Made by a program: the position numbers and the translations under genes. A DNA stretch of 64,000 nucleotides from the human T2T-CHM13v2.0 reference genome, Homo sapiens: assembly GCF_009914755.1 (NCBI RefSeq), contig NC_060942.1; one strand, given 5' to 3'. The notes beneath the pieces were generated by a model. The model did no database searches. It was not told where the DNA came from and was given only the letters and a program-made list of their open reading frames with translations. Below, piece by piece: positions 15,981-29,987 of this stretch; the stretch's first letter is position 1; every line of letters starts with the position of its first letter.

Positions 15981-16737
15981 CTGCAATTTGAATATATATA
16001 ATAAAAATCTAACATATTTTAATATGTCTTTAGAAGAGACATCATTAAAATTACATTAGAGGCTACGTGGTGTATTTTTATTTTACTTGAAAAAAGCAAT
16101 CTGAGGACAGGATATCTATATGATTCACCTACTTATCAACAATAGATCCTAGAAAAAAATTCCATGCTCAATATATTCAAACCAAGCAATATTTATTGAG
16201 TGCATTGTATTTGCCATGGGCTGTAATAAGTGATGAGAAAAAGCAGTAAAAAGATAAAGTAAAATAAGGGTATACGGAGAGCTTGCAAGAGTCCAGGAAC
16301 CATTTAAAGTTTTGTATTAACTCATTTAATTTTGATCAATATATGGATTATTATCCCCCCAATTTTACGGATAAAAAATTGATAAACCATTTAGTTTCAA
16401 AAATTACAGTTAAATTACTTGTGTAAGGTTATAGCTGCAGTGCTATAACAAAAAAAATTCTGTGAACCACTGAAATTTAGGGCGTAGCTTTTAAAAACAA
16501 ATAATTAGAATCTAAATATATTTTAAAGTAAAATAGTTATAATAAAATCTAAATAAAGTTTTTATATAAACATTGAATTGAGAAGATTTTCTAAGTGAGC
16601 CAAGAAATCCAAAAAACATAATGAGAGAAAATTGTGGTTAAAACATTTAAATCTTTCAAATTGATATAAAAAAAGACATTTCAGAAAAAAGTATGAAGTA
16701 GGAATTCACAGGAGAGAAAATTCGATTTATCTTATAG

Positions 16738-16930
16738 CAGACTTTCTCACTGCTGTCACTATTAATATTTTATACTGGATAATTCTTAGTTTTGGGAGAT
16801 TCTCCTGTGCATTGTAGGATGCTTAGTGGCATCCCTGACTTCTATTCCCCGAATGTCTGCAGCATCCCTCCCATCCCAGTGTGTCAATCCAAACTGTATT
16901 CAGACATTGTCAATGTGCCCTGGTTGAAAT
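16738..16930 (-). mobile_element. MER20 (hAT-Charlie) remnant
   Basis: ggataattctt...cctgtgcattgtaggatgcttagtggcatccctg...cagacattgtcaatgtgccctgg matches the reverse MER20 core. Confidence 0.8.
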
Positions 16931-17348
16931 TGGGGGCAGAAGTGTGGAGCCAAATGGCCTGTAGTGGAGACACGCCGCGTTATCATAATGTTCACACAGC
17001 CTCTCACCACAGGTAAGAAGAATGATGGTTTAGCCCATGCCATTTTTGTCATATGCGATAGAACAGCACCCAGTGATAGCTGAGTGCTGAAAAATAACAA
17101 TGTAAACCGACTCTAGCAATGGATAATGAAATTTAAACTACACATATCTGTGACCCAATCTGTTAAACTTAAGCTACAGTCTAAGGTATCAGTATTTGAG
17201 TAAATGATCCGATTAAATACATTCCAGAGTTATTTGCATTACATCCAAATTATATAAACGACTCAAATGTACAACAAAAAAGAATTGGGGAGAATAAATT
17301 ACAACTGAACTATGATATTATGTGGATTTATTAAAAATTTGTGAGTCT

Positions 17349-17637
17349 GGCCAAGCATGGTAACTCACACCTCTAAATCCCAGCGCTTTGGAAGGCCAAG
17401 GCAGGAGGATAACTTGAACTCAGGAGTTTGAGAGCAGCCTGAGCAATATAGTGAGACCTCATCTCTACTAAAAATCCAAAAAAATTAGCTGAGTGTAGTA
17501 GTGTACATTGTAGTCTCAGCTACTTGGGAGGCTGAGGTGGGAGAATCGCTTGAGCAGGAGGTTGTGGCAGCAGTGAGCTGTGATCGGGCTACTGCACTCC
17601 AGCCTGGGCTACAGAGTGAAACCCTGACTCAGATAAA
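17349..17637 (+). mobile_element. AluJ
   Basis: Alu dimer with J-type ggaggataacttgaactcaggagtttgag. Confidence 0.9.
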
Positions 17638-17664
17638 AGAGTCAATGTAACACATTTTTATTGT

Positions 17665-17920
17665 GAGCTCTAAAACTGGATGACTTGAGTTTGAATCTTG
17701 TTTCTCAATTTGAGAAAAATACTTAACCAGAATGCCTCAGTTGGCATTCTGAAAAATGGGTGTGATAGTAGTACCTGCCTTATAGGGTTGTTGTTAAGAT
17801 TAAACATATACATAAAGCAATTGCATAAATTACATGAAGCAATTACACAAATTGGTTAATATACATAAGGCAATTAAGAGTACTTAGTACATAACTGAAC
17901 AATGAATGTTAAATATTATT
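17665..17920 (+). mobile_element. MIR
   Basis: Core gcctcagtt...ctgaaaaatgggtgtgatagtagtacctgccttatagggttgttgttaagattaaa. Confidence 0.75.
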
Positions 17921-18021
17921 GTTTTGTTGCATCTACTAACCAGACATGTATTTTGTGAACTGAAAAAAGTAAGTTGCAGCTATTATATTGTGTAGGTTTA
18001 TTGTTTTTAATCTTTCTCTCT

Positions 18022-18282
<261 letters not shown>

Positions 18283-18501
18283 CTCTTTTTCATAAAAAAA
18301 AAAGAAAGCTATAGGAAAGGTGCATACAATTAAAGGGTATAGGAGTGGGATTCTTTAGTTTGTTTTAGTGTTTTTATTTAAAATATATGTACTATTTGCA
18401 ATGATAATTTGAAAGAACAAAACAAATTAAAAATTAGAGGCCTTGTACTTGTTGAAAGCAAGGGAAAATATTTTTTCTTTCCTTCCTTTTCTCAGAGCAT
18501 T

Positions 18502-18504
<3 letters not shown>

Positions 18505-18538
<34 letters not shown>

Positions 18539-18554
18539 AAAGAGAGAGAGAGAG
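18505..18554. repeat. (CA)n(GA)n microsatellite
   Basis: Read directly from the sequence. Confidence 0.95.
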
Positions 18555-19227
18555 GGAAAAAAAAAGCTTTGTATGTAAGTTTTTTCTTTGTCCCTTTGAA
18601 GCGTATGGAAATCTTTCAAAAGTTCAACAAGTTTCTTGGAAGCTTTAGGATCCAGGATTGTATTTATCAAGTAATGGTGACCATCTCTTTGAAATGTAAT
18701 CTTCAAGGAATACAGCATCCCTATATCCTAGATGTGGGGAAGGATAGGAGACTCATTTTAGCAACGATCTTGTTCTAAGTTGTAGAACTACCTCTTGTCA
18801 TAAAGACATGAAAAGTTAAGTTGTCCTTTGGATAAAACCACTTAGCAAATACAGGCGGTCACTCCAACTACCCAGTGAATATAGAATGAATTCTATGTGA
18901 CAAATAGTGCTAAGTCCTCATACTTGAATATCTAGATAATATTTAACTTGAGAACATGTATATATTGGATTGCACCTGCTTGACCACATAAAAAGGTGAG
19001 ATTTCTTTCCATTTTGGCAATCTCTTAGATTTCCTATGATGCAGATCACATTGTGTTTTAATGCTTTCCAGTAATAAAATTTTTCTCTCTGTTCTACCTT
19101 TGAGGGGAGGTTTTCTGGGCTGGGATGAGATTTTGCTTAAAATTGAATTTTCCCAACAATAACAGTTACAATTAAGATAGAAATTGTAATTTTCAATTAA
19201 CTAAAAATTAAAATTTCTAGGATTTAT

Positions 19228-19253
19228 TACACACACACACACACACACACACA
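19228..19253. repeat. (AC)n microsatellite
   Basis: Read directly from the sequence. Confidence 0.95.
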
Positions 19254-21002
19254 TCCATGGCCTTTAAGAAATACAGCAACTATTAGTATTTATCATTTTG
19301 AGACTTTTCTCCATTGTGTGACATTTAGGATGAAAATAAATTAATGGAACATTTAAAAATGAAAAGGTATTTCTAAAGATTTCAAGAAGAAATTAACCAG
19401 AAAATTTAGGTTCGTATTTGTTATGGTTTCAGCGCATACATCATCACAGAATATCTTTTTGCTTAAATAATTAAATTGTATAATGTAATTCAGTTGTGAA
19501 TAAACTGACAGAAAATTAATAAGAAATTCATAATGTTTTTATCTTTGTGTTCCTAAACTTTGCTTGAAATTAAGTTAAATTAAACCTTTGGTATTACTGC
19601 ACAAAATGTATATAAAACTTCACAGCTTCACCTTAAAATAGTTAGTAGTTTTATTCACTTAGCTAGCATACTGATAAATAGCATTGTGCTTAATTTGGGA
19701 AGCTTTCCAGAAAAGAGACTAAGCACAACGAACTTCATTTGCTGGAAAAAAAAAATTTTTAAATGGAACATCTCTTTCCTATAATCAGTATAATTGCTAT
19801 GGTGAAAGCTTTTCAAGGTAGTTAGCAAATGCAGCTAGATGATTTTTAAAACAGTTTTATGTAATGCCCTGTTTTCCACCAGTAGGTGGTTTGTTTATAT
19901 TGCTATTGAAGCTTAAATGGTCAAGCCTAATTATTTTTGGTTCAATATTGATTTCACAGTAGTAAAAAAATGGCAGTTACACATATTTTCCCCAAATAGA
20001 TCTAAAATGGGCTTAATGATGTAGAATTTTTTAAAATGTTAGAGAAAGAAAAAAAATGAAAATTTGTTATCCAGTGTTATAAAAGCTTGTTCCAACAAGT
20101 TTTTCCTTAAAATGAAAAAAAAAAATTGTTCTCAGAAATACACAATGAATAAAAGCTGCATTTAAAATAAACATCTTTGCATTTTCTGACACGAGAAGCC
20201 TTGACATTTCCTCTGTTACAGCGGGCATTTATTCCATTGTAACATTTGCCTCCTTTTATGGTTTAGTTAAATGGAACCTTGAAAACCCAGATTCAAGCTC
20301 TCCTACAGTGTTTCCATAGAACTGTTCATTGTATCGCAAATAATATGCGGAGATGCCTTCCACTCCACCATATCACCTGCCATCTGCCTGATAAAGTAAG
20401 GAAAAGAGAGATATCTGCTCCCTGCCTCAACAAAGAGTGAAGAAAGGAAACAGGATTATTAAAATTCTATGTAAAATCAGCTATAAGAAAAGATGCATCT
20501 GAGAATATTTTATATTTGTAATTTTAATACTTTACAATTCTAAATCTATTGACTAAGTAATGGAAATGACTTCGATATTTTATATTGTGTTATATTTATT
20601 TCTTTAAGCTTTAATAAATATAATTGTATGAATAATGGATTCATGATTTTAAGGACAATATCCAAGTGGTAAATCAGAAAAATTTACAACCCGAAAACGA
20701 AATCATCCACCTAAATAAACAAGCAGAATTTCAGGTGAATTTCATTTGTATTTTGTTGTTTCCTCAATTTATTCTTGTATGGAAAATTATTTACTGTTAT
20801 AATTAGAAAATAGTTTAGAAGGTATTTAGTGGTAAGCATATAAATAAAAACTAATAAAATACGCAAGTACACACATTTACATTGAATGTCATTTAAATAA
20901 TTCCAACAACATTTTAAAGTAGCCTTGTCCCCATGTATAGAAATTTGTAATTATTTACAAAATATGGCAAACAACTGTATTGGATTTCAAATGAGTACTT
21001 AC

Positions 21003-21124
21003 ATTTTTCTGTGGCTGTAATACTTAGGTTGTACCAAGCACTGATTTCACGATCCAGTGAGTTACTTGTAGTGATTGTACCATTATCATTGATATTGAAC
21101 ACTTTGCTCCTAGTAATAGAATAC
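21003..21124 (-). CDS. CDH19: CDH19 exon 8 (122 nt), EC4
   Basis: YSITRSKVFNINDNGTITTSNSLDREISAWYNLSITATEK; acceptor ccttttggttcag, donor T|GTAAGT. Confidence 0.96.
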
Positions 21125-21627
21125 CTGAACCAAAAGGAAAGTATACCTTAATATTTTTATTCTATCTGCATAACAGTGTTAGATAATACTCTTTAAGCAA
21201 TAAGACATCTTATTCAATGCATGCTCTACATAGCCAATATATAATACCGAACAACTTTTAAAACAGTATATTCCTGTATTTAAGATTCAACTCAGTGGAG
21301 ATAGAAAAAAAGACGTAACATGACTTTAGATTTAAATTGATGGATGCTAAATCTAAAATTAATGATTGTGAATCTTTTCTTCCTATCAAATAAATTAAAA
21401 TATATCTTCAGCCTAGACGAGTATTGATCTCTTTCCTATGTCACAGGTGTTGCTTGCGAATCTGTTCATTTTACTACAACTACTTGGCTTGATATTTAAC
21501 AAATGTTTTTGTTTGTTTAAAAAGTAAATTTGATAAAAAGTAAAGTCTATATAGTAGATAGAATTTTAATTCTTTTGGGAAACCTGAAAGACTTCTGAAA
21601 TCTGGAATCTGGAATCAGGAATCCAAA

Positions 21628-21968
21628 ATATTTATATATATATATATATAAACATATATATAATACATTATATATGATATATATTTTACATTTTATAACA
21701 CATGACATATTTTATTACATATATAACATATTTGTAATATTTAATACATATATGCTTTATTCTATATTACATATAGAAAATATGTAATACATAATACATA
21801 TATGTTTTATGCATATATATGTAATATATGATACATATGTTTTATTATATATTACATACAATATATGTATGTATATATGTATGTGATATATTACATCACA
21901 TGTATTTATTTTATATTATATATTTTTACATATAATATATATGTTTTATATATATACACACATATAAA
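21628..21968. repeat. TA-rich low-complexity tract
   Basis: About 340 bp of degenerate (TA)n/(TATG)n. Confidence 0.9.
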
Positions 21969-22999
21969 ACAAAAGTAAAATACAGTAGTTCTAATGTGCT
22001 TTTAGATTGTGCATGGAAGAAAGCCAAGTTACAAATTTCTCCCAAGGAAAAAAAAAAACTGAAAAATGATCTCCACCTCCACAATGAAAGAAGACTTCGA
22101 AATACTCAGCATGTCTCATCTATGTGGAAACAATTAATAATAAAAATTAAAGAGCAATAATAACTAGGGTTCAATAATGGCTTCTCATTGCATGTATATT
22201 CCTGAAGACTTTGATGAGATATCAAGGAAGTTTACCATAATTATATGGCAAAGATGAGAATATTTTAATTTTGAGTTCAAGTATTTCCAAAAACATTATG
22301 CTACTTTGTAGCTAGGTATTCAGATAAGGACTCAATAGAAATCACGAGGAATTAAGCTTTAGGGGAGTTCAGTTTTAACTGTACTCCATTTAAAATATTT
22401 ATAAGTATTTTCCCTAAATATCCCCAAGTGGTTGCCTTTCACACCTAATAGAATTGTTGGAAAAATTATACAGTGTTTTAACAGTTGTTATTTTGAATTA
22501 AACATCTAATCCTATTTCTGTAAAATGTCATTGCACATAAAGCCCATTTAAAGTTTGACAGGATGTTATAGTCTTTAGTAGTTTAATTCACATCTGTTAG
22601 AATTTAGGAAGAAGAGCCACATAAACAATAAATTGGTTCAGTTCCCATTAATTAATTAAAACAGAAGTAAAAATATATGTAGCCCCTCTAGGATGTGATA
22701 TAAGCAGTGATGTGTAATATGTATCATTTTTCTTAACCCCTTTTAGAACCACAAATTCTCGTTATGTAAGTTTTCTTTTCCCCCACTCCACCTTCACTGG
22801 ACAAAATTTGTTTGGCTTTGAGGTAAGTTTTAGTTAAATTTTACATATATGTAAAATACATATATATATTTTTCCCATTTTTAAACTAGGGAGACAAACA
22901 TCAGAAAATTCATAAATATGTAAACAGCTGACTTATTTAGATATGTACCATCATGACCTCAGCAAAATTTAAAATTTGGAATTTTCCCACTAATCCAAT

Positions 23000-25900
23000 T
23001 AAAAACATTTTACAATAATTTTGGACTTACAGAAATGTTGCAAAAACAGCACACAGCATTTCTACATGCTCTTCACTCAGCTTTTTCTAATGTTAAAATC
23101 TTATATAAACTTTAATCTGTTTAATAAATTAACCGCTATAATTTAATTAATCAAACTACAAACTATAGTTGGATTTCACTGTTTTTTTTCCACTCATATT
23201 CTTCTTTTACAATCCAATGTAGAATCCAATACGGCCTTTCATTTTCCTGCGTCCTTAGTCTCCTCCACGATTCCTCAATGTTCTTGTCTCTCAAGACCTT
23301 GATGCTATTGAAGAGTATTGGTCAATTATTTTAAAGAGCGTCTCTCAATTTGGGTTTGTCTGATGCTTTCTCATGATTAGACTAAGGTTACATATTTTTG
23401 GCAGGAATAACACAGACATGATATACTTTCTTAGGCTATCATATCAGGGGAACATGATGTTCATCATATCTCATGAATGGTGATATTAACATTGAGAACT
23501 CGAATAGGTGATGACGACCCCATTTCTCTGGGGTAAAATTGCTATTTTTTTCTTCTGTAATTCATAAGGATCTCAGGAAACTATTTTAAAATGTTCTGGT
23601 TTCTCAAACATTTATCCACTAATTTTCAGTATCCATAGAGGAATAATGTTAACATTTTTTAATACTTTCTTTCTGGAACCACAAGATGCTCCAGGATGAT
23701 CTTGTCGTTTCCTTACAACAGCTCTGGATTCCAGTTATCAGATGAGTTGCAGCATCTTTGATTGGAGAGTAGTATTAGAAAGCAAGATCTAGGTATTAAG
23801 AGTTCCCATTGCTTCTTGAGTTTCATTGTTTTTAGGTCCTTTGAGCAGACATCAGCAGGAAATATATGTATGTATACCCATGCGTACAAACACATCTATA
23901 TTTATTTCCATGTAATTCCTTCTGTCTGTATATATATTAAGAAGGCATTCGTGCATCATACCTCAGATTTCAATCCAGTGTGACACCTTCATGTAACTTT
24001 TCTCATTTTTTATTTGTAATCATTTCTTTTGACAATAATGCATCTTAGTCTTACTATCTACAGCATATTTACTTATGTGTTCAATCCCAATATACATGTA
24101 GAGTAACACTGCAATCCCTAAATAGTATCCATGTAAAAAATATATTCACTATGTAGAGTACATTTCTTCTGAACAGCTATTTTTTTCTCTAGATTTAGAA
24201 TTGAAATACTCTCTTCCAAAATTACTTAGGTTGTATTTTCCTAATTCCTCTCCTTTTGATTATGTTATTTGTCTATAATATAATAAAGTACATTTGCAAT
24301 AGTTTGCCTTCAATTTTGGGGATATCTCCAAAGTCCTATTTGATTTTTTTCCAGAGTTTACACTAATTAGTATTTTCATCTATATCTTGGAGAATTCTCT
24401 GAACTTGGACAAAAGAATAGTCATGTGTCCGCCTTCACATAATGACACAGAACAATTTTATCACCCTCCTTTCCTTTGTCATATCTTTTTAGTTTAGGTA
24501 CCACAGGGTTTATTTTTGTTTGTTCATTTTTTTTAATCCACTCACCTATTGAAGGATATTTGAGTCAATTCCAGTTATTGGAGATCATGTATAAAGCTGC
24601 CATAAATGCTTGCATACAGGTTTTCATGTCAAAATAAATACACTTTCTAGGCCTGCTGCAACAAAACACCACAAACTGGGTGGCTGAAAACGATAAATTA
24701 ACTCTATTAGATTTATTAAAATCAAAGTATCAACAGGGTCATGCTTCCTTTGAAGCCTGTAGGGGTGAATCCTTCCTTCCTGTTTCTAGCTTCCAGTGAT
24801 TTCCGGCAGTCCTTGCTAGTCTTCCACTTGTAGACGCATCGCTCTGATCTCTGCTTCGGTTGTCACATGGCAGTCCTCTCCCAGTGTCTGTCTTCTTATA
24901 AGGACACCAGCCATTTTGGATTAAAAACATACCTGCTCAGGTATGACCTTATCTTAACTAGTTACCTCCACAATTACTCTATTTCTTAACAAGGCCACAT
25001 TCGGGTGTACTGGATGTTAGGACTCAACATGTCTCTTTAGGACACAACTCAACCCAAAACACAAAGTTTCCTTTATTCCTGGGTAAATGCTTGGAAGAGG
25101 GATTGCTGGGTGTTGCGGTCAATATAAGTTTAATTTATAATAATCTTGTATCTTTCTGCCTTGATAAACTCACATATTACTGGGCATTTTTGTGAATTTC
25201 CTGGAATTATCTAGGCAATAATCAAGTCATCTGCAAATAAAGAAAACTATATTATTTCTCTCCAGCTTGTATGTTTTTATTTCTTTTTCTCACTTACTGC
25301 ATGGCCAGGACTTCCAATATTATAGATTTGGACTAGTGAAAGAGTACATTCCTACCTTGTTTCCAATCTTAGGAAAAAAGCACATAATATTCCATAATTA
25401 AGTATAATATTAGCTGCATTCTTTTGTAGATACTCTGTATCTGTTTAAGAATCTTCTATTCATATTGTGCTGATTGTGCTGATAGTTTTTATAATAAGTT
25501 AATTTTGAATATTGTCAAATGTTTTTTCTTTGTCTATTGAGATGTTATATGGCTTTTCTTTTTTAATCTCTCAATATGGTGGTTTATATGAAACTATTTT
25601 AATATATAGACACATCCTTGCATTCCTGGGTGCACTCCAGTTGATAAGGATATACTTTCCTTTTCACAAATAGCTCAAATTACTATTATTGTAAAGAATT
25701 TTCATATTTGTTTATGAGGGATATTGATCTGTAGTTTTCTTTGCTTGTTACGTATGGTAGGATATATCAGTGGCATCAATTTTTACTGGAACTGCTCTTT
25801 TTTTATGAAGCTATTTAACTGACTTTTTGGTGGTATATATATGCTTGTGTGTATGCATGTGTATGTATACATATTTATGAGGTTGTACATATATGGTTGT

Positions 25901-26290
25901 TTGTAAATGTATACGTGTGTGTGTGTGTATGCTAAGGTTATTTATCTTTTAATATCTTTGGATTCTCTCAAGAACTTCCTCTAAATGTATAGGCATAGCA
26001 TTGTTCAAAGTAGTCCCTATAATCTTTTTAATGTCTGTGGGATCAATATGTGTGCTCCCTTTTTCACTTTGGTAATAATAATTTTTGTCTTCTCTCTCTC
26101 TCTCTCTCTGTTTGCCCCTTGGCCTTTCTCGATAGAGATTAATAAACTTTAGCAATATTTTGAAAGAATCTGCTACTGGCTTCATTATATTACTCCGTTG
26201 CTTTCAGTTTCACTGCTTGTGATCTAATCTTTTTATTTCCTTTTTGTCCTGCTTGCTTTGCTTTTTATTTGCTCTTTTTTTTCTAACAGG
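23000..26290 (-). mobile_element. Old L1 (L1MC-like) 3' UTR and ORF2 remnants, interrupted by an MLT1 LTR
   Basis: Reverse L1 phrases: ctctcaatttgggtttgtctgatg, ccactcacctattgaaggatatttg, aatcaagtcatctgcaaataaaga, ccttgcattcctggg. Confidence 0.75.
24640..25062. mobile_element. MLT1 (MaLR) solo LTR nested in L1
   Basis: aacaaaacaccacaaactgggtggctgaaaac...tcttataaggacaccagccattttggatta...acacaactcaaccc. Confidence 0.85.
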
Positions 26291-26447
26291 AAATAATACA
26301 CCATCTTTCTCATACTTACAAAATATTTCAAAGTTTGACTTTAGACTTAATTTGAAAGGAAACTTCAATAACGTCCAAAAAGTAAATCATACCCATTGAT
26401 ACCAAAAGAGTAATCCCTATATCTGAAGTCCAAAAGAATAAGGCAAT

Positions 26448-26862
26448 TGTCTTAGTCATCACAGAGAGCTATTAAAAATTACCATAGACTGGGCAGCTTA
26501 TAAACAACTGATATTTATTTGTCACATTTCTAGAGGCTGGAAGTATGAGATTATGATGCCAGCATGATTGGCTTCTGACAAGAGCACTCTTTCAGTTGCA
26601 GACTGTTGACTTCTGTGTCCTTACAGCCAGAGAGAGGCTTGAGAGAGCTATCTGGGTTCCACTTTAAGGGCACTAATCCCATTCATTAGGGCTCCACCTG
26701 TGTCACTTGATGCCTTATAAGACCCACCTTCTCGTACCCACCTAATACCATTTCATTGAGATTTAGGATTTCAAAATGGGACCCACCTTGTAATACCATT
26801 TCACTGGCATTTCAGATTTCAAATATGAATTTTGAGGGACGTAAACATTTAGACTTCTGAAA
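26448..26862. mobile_element. MLT1A/MST (MaLR) solo LTR
   Basis: tgtcttagtc...taccatagactgggcagcttataaacaac...aagggcactaatcccattcat. Confidence 0.85.
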
Positions 26863-28658
26863 TAATACATAGTCTTAGTGATAAAATAAAAATTTTAAGA
26901 ATAATTTCTTATGAAGTTCTTAATAATTTTATGGTAGTAATTTTATTACAGATTGTTTGGGCTCCTCTAATTTTTACCATACAAGGCTCCTTAAAACAAT
27001 TCTATCATCTCACTTTCAAGTCTAAATATTAAATTTTTCCATTATTTCTGTGCCCCATTTTTTAAAAATTGACATGTAGTTTGTTATTATAATTCATATA
27101 AAGGTAGATCTTGCTCCTCAAGCTTTTATGACCTCAACTAAAGCAAGAGTATTTCGTTACACCAGTTTATTTACCCCACCCAAGACGTGATGAAACTGAG
27201 TTTGGGAATTTCCATGCTTTACAGAAACAGCAGGTGATTCTTACTTAGTAGGAAAAACTAATATGAGTTGAATGAATTGGGGCTAATTTACTATGTTTAA
27301 TATGTGTTAGTGTTTCTCCCACAACAATGAGACATCCCTAAGGCTAAAATACAATATCCTAATATTTTTTCTGGTTTTCATAGCTCTTACCATGCAGTGA
27401 GTATTAAAGAAGAGATATTATCAAATTAAAACTCAAATTGAAATCATTTTGCATTTTATGTTCAAATATTTTGGGGATCTTTTGCTTACAAAGAAAAAAG
27501 AGATAAATAAAGAAAACCAAAAAGAAGCCTCCTGAAATGTGCTGAAGTGGGTATTTTCATAAGCAACTGATTTTGTTTTTATGATGTATTTTGAATGTTT
27601 GTTAAATCAAGCTATATCATATGAAAAAAATCAACAATATCAACAACAAAAACTGCTGTATCCTCAGTGATCCTAACATATGTATGAAAAGCAATATTAT
27701 TTAAAAGACACTTTTAAATGAAAGAACATCTGTCAAATCATTAAAACGTGTTTTTTGATGGATACAAGTTATTTTAAAAAGTAATAATTGCCAGTATAAA
27801 GGTGGAAGTCATTAGCTAAAATATTTTCAGATTGAAGTAAGTAGACACCAATGGTGATACTATAAAATACAAAACCTCTTAATATTTGGTTGCACCTTAG
27901 GTTTTTCTTCATATATATGTAGCATTTTCACATGTAGTAAGCATGCAATTCTTCATTGTGTATTATTGTGCTTTAAAATGTATGCAGTGGTATTACCTAT
28001 GCATCACAAGCATCATGAATTATAATTTACTCACTTGTACTCCTAAAATTAACAGTTTTCAATACTTTATTACTATAAATGATAACATATGAATATCTTA
28101 ATCATCAAAGCATTTTTTAACATTCCATATTATTTAGTGTTCCCTGAAGAACAATGAATAGGTATACAGATACATTTTTTAAAGTAAAAAATTGATATGC
28201 ACTTATACAATCACTAAAATGTCTATGACTAATTAAGAACTACATATGCGTATCAGAAGGCAACATTTTATGAACTGGAACTATAATGGAAAAGTGGGAA
28301 CATTTCTTGGTATCAAAAATTAAATTGAGCTTTTTCATTGAGCTACTGCAAGACCTTCACAGAGCCAAGGAGCAGCTAGCATTTTAATTAATATATGAAG
28401 GTTTCTGGAAAATAGGTGAGTAAGGAAAGGTGTTGGAGAAATCATTACGTAACAAGCTTTGGTTTTTTATGCCCAACCAGACTATACCTCAACTACTGAA
28501 ACAAACAAATAAACAAAATATAAAACAAAAGCAAAATAAATTATAACATAGTAACTGAAAATAACAGACTATTTTAATAGATGGCAAATATCTGTTTAAT
28601 TGTAATACAAGAATAGATTTCTAACCCTTTGAACTCCTTTAAGTGGTATCCTGTAAAA

Positions 28659-28984
28659 CACAGGTTCCCAACCCCCAAGGCCATGAACAGCAGGCCATGA
28701 ACCTGTCCATGGCCTGTAGGTGAGGGCAGGCGAGCCAGCCTTACTGTCTGAGCTCCGCCTCTTCTCATATCCACGGCAGCATTAGATTGTCATAGGAGCA
28801 TGAATCCTGTTGTGAACTGTGCATGTGAAGTATCTAGGTTGAGACCTCCTTATGAGAATCCAATGCCAGATAAACTGAGGCAGAACAGTTTTATTCTGAA
28901 ACCATTCCCCTTCACCCCCCCGACCTTGGAAAAATTGTCTTCCACCGAACTGGTTCCTGGTGGCAGAAAGGTTGAGGACCACTG
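28659..28984 (+). mobile_element. MER1B-like hAT-Charlie MITE
   Basis: Termini cacaggttcccaacc / ggttgaggaccactg; 8-bp TSD CTGTAAAA/CTATAAAA. Confidence 0.88.
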
Positions 28985-29045
28985 CTATAAAAGCTTTCTC
29001 AATTTTTGAATATCATTTCAAGTAAATAGTATTTAAATAAGCCAC

Positions 29046-29343
29046 TTTTTTGTTGTCGTTGAGACGGAGTCTCGCTTTGTCACCCAGGCCGGAGTGCAGT
29101 GGTGCAATCTTGGCTCACTGCAAGCTCTGCCTCCTGGGTTCACGCCATTCTCCTGCCTCAGCCTCCTGAGTAGCTGGGACTACAGGTGCCCGCCGCCACG
29201 CCTGGCTAATTTTGTTTTGTATTTTTAGTAGAGACGGGGTTTCACATGTTAGCCAGGATGGTCTCGATCTCCTGACCTCGTGATCCGCCCGCCTCGGCCT
29301 CCCAAAGTGCTGGGATTACAGGCGTGAGCCACCGCGCGCTGCC
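29046..29343 (-). mobile_element. AluY with 13-bp TSD
   Basis: TTAAATAAGCCAC at 29033-29045 and 29344-29356. Confidence 0.96.
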
Positions 29344-29619
29344 TTAAATAAGCCACATTTTGATCAGCTTTGTTTCAGCTCTAATTGGGGCTTTTTAAAA
29401 AACGATTGTTTTCCTCTTATCTCCTTTCCCCAATTAAGAGGGAATATAATGCACTGAATTTTAATTGGTAATTGCCTCCTTCTTGCACGTGTTTGAAATC
29501 ACCAATTTTACTGCATCTTAACCGACATTGAGGTTCCCTATTTTGCTTAAATTGTTACAAATTAATTAAGACATACAGAAATATAGATACAGATATAACC
29601 TTGTTTAAATTTGCACGCA

Positions 29620-29910
29620 GGCTAGGGGCGGTGGCTCAAGCCTGTAATGCCAGCATTTTGGGAGGCCGAGGCCGGTGGATCACGAGGTCAGGAGTTCGAG
29701 ACCAGCCTGGACAATGTGATGAAACCCCGTCTCTACTAAAAATACAAAAATTAGCTGGGCGTGGTGGCGCATGCCTATAGTCCCAGCTACTAGGGAGGCT
29801 GAGGCAGAAGACTCGCTTGAACCTGGGAAGCAGAGGTGGCAATGAGCTGAGATTGCGCCACTGTACTCGAGCCTAGAAGACAGAGTGAGACTCCCTCTCA
29901 ATTAAAAAAA
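29620..29910 (+). mobile_element. AluS (Sg-like)
   Basis: Full dimer; TSD-like ttgcacgca/ttgcatgca. Confidence 0.94.
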
Positions 29911-29987
29911 AGATTGCATGCAATTTTATTTTTAATCTATTTTATATTTACTTATTTATTAATGCAAAACTGACCTTACAGACATAC

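Noticed and set aside
18443-18778. Plus-strand 111-aa ORF or processed pseudogene
   Set aside because: It spans a microsatellite; no parent gene recognised and no TSD or tail structure.
22838-22858. Palindrome attttacatatatgtaaaat
   Set aside because: Low-complexity AT sequence, expected by chance.
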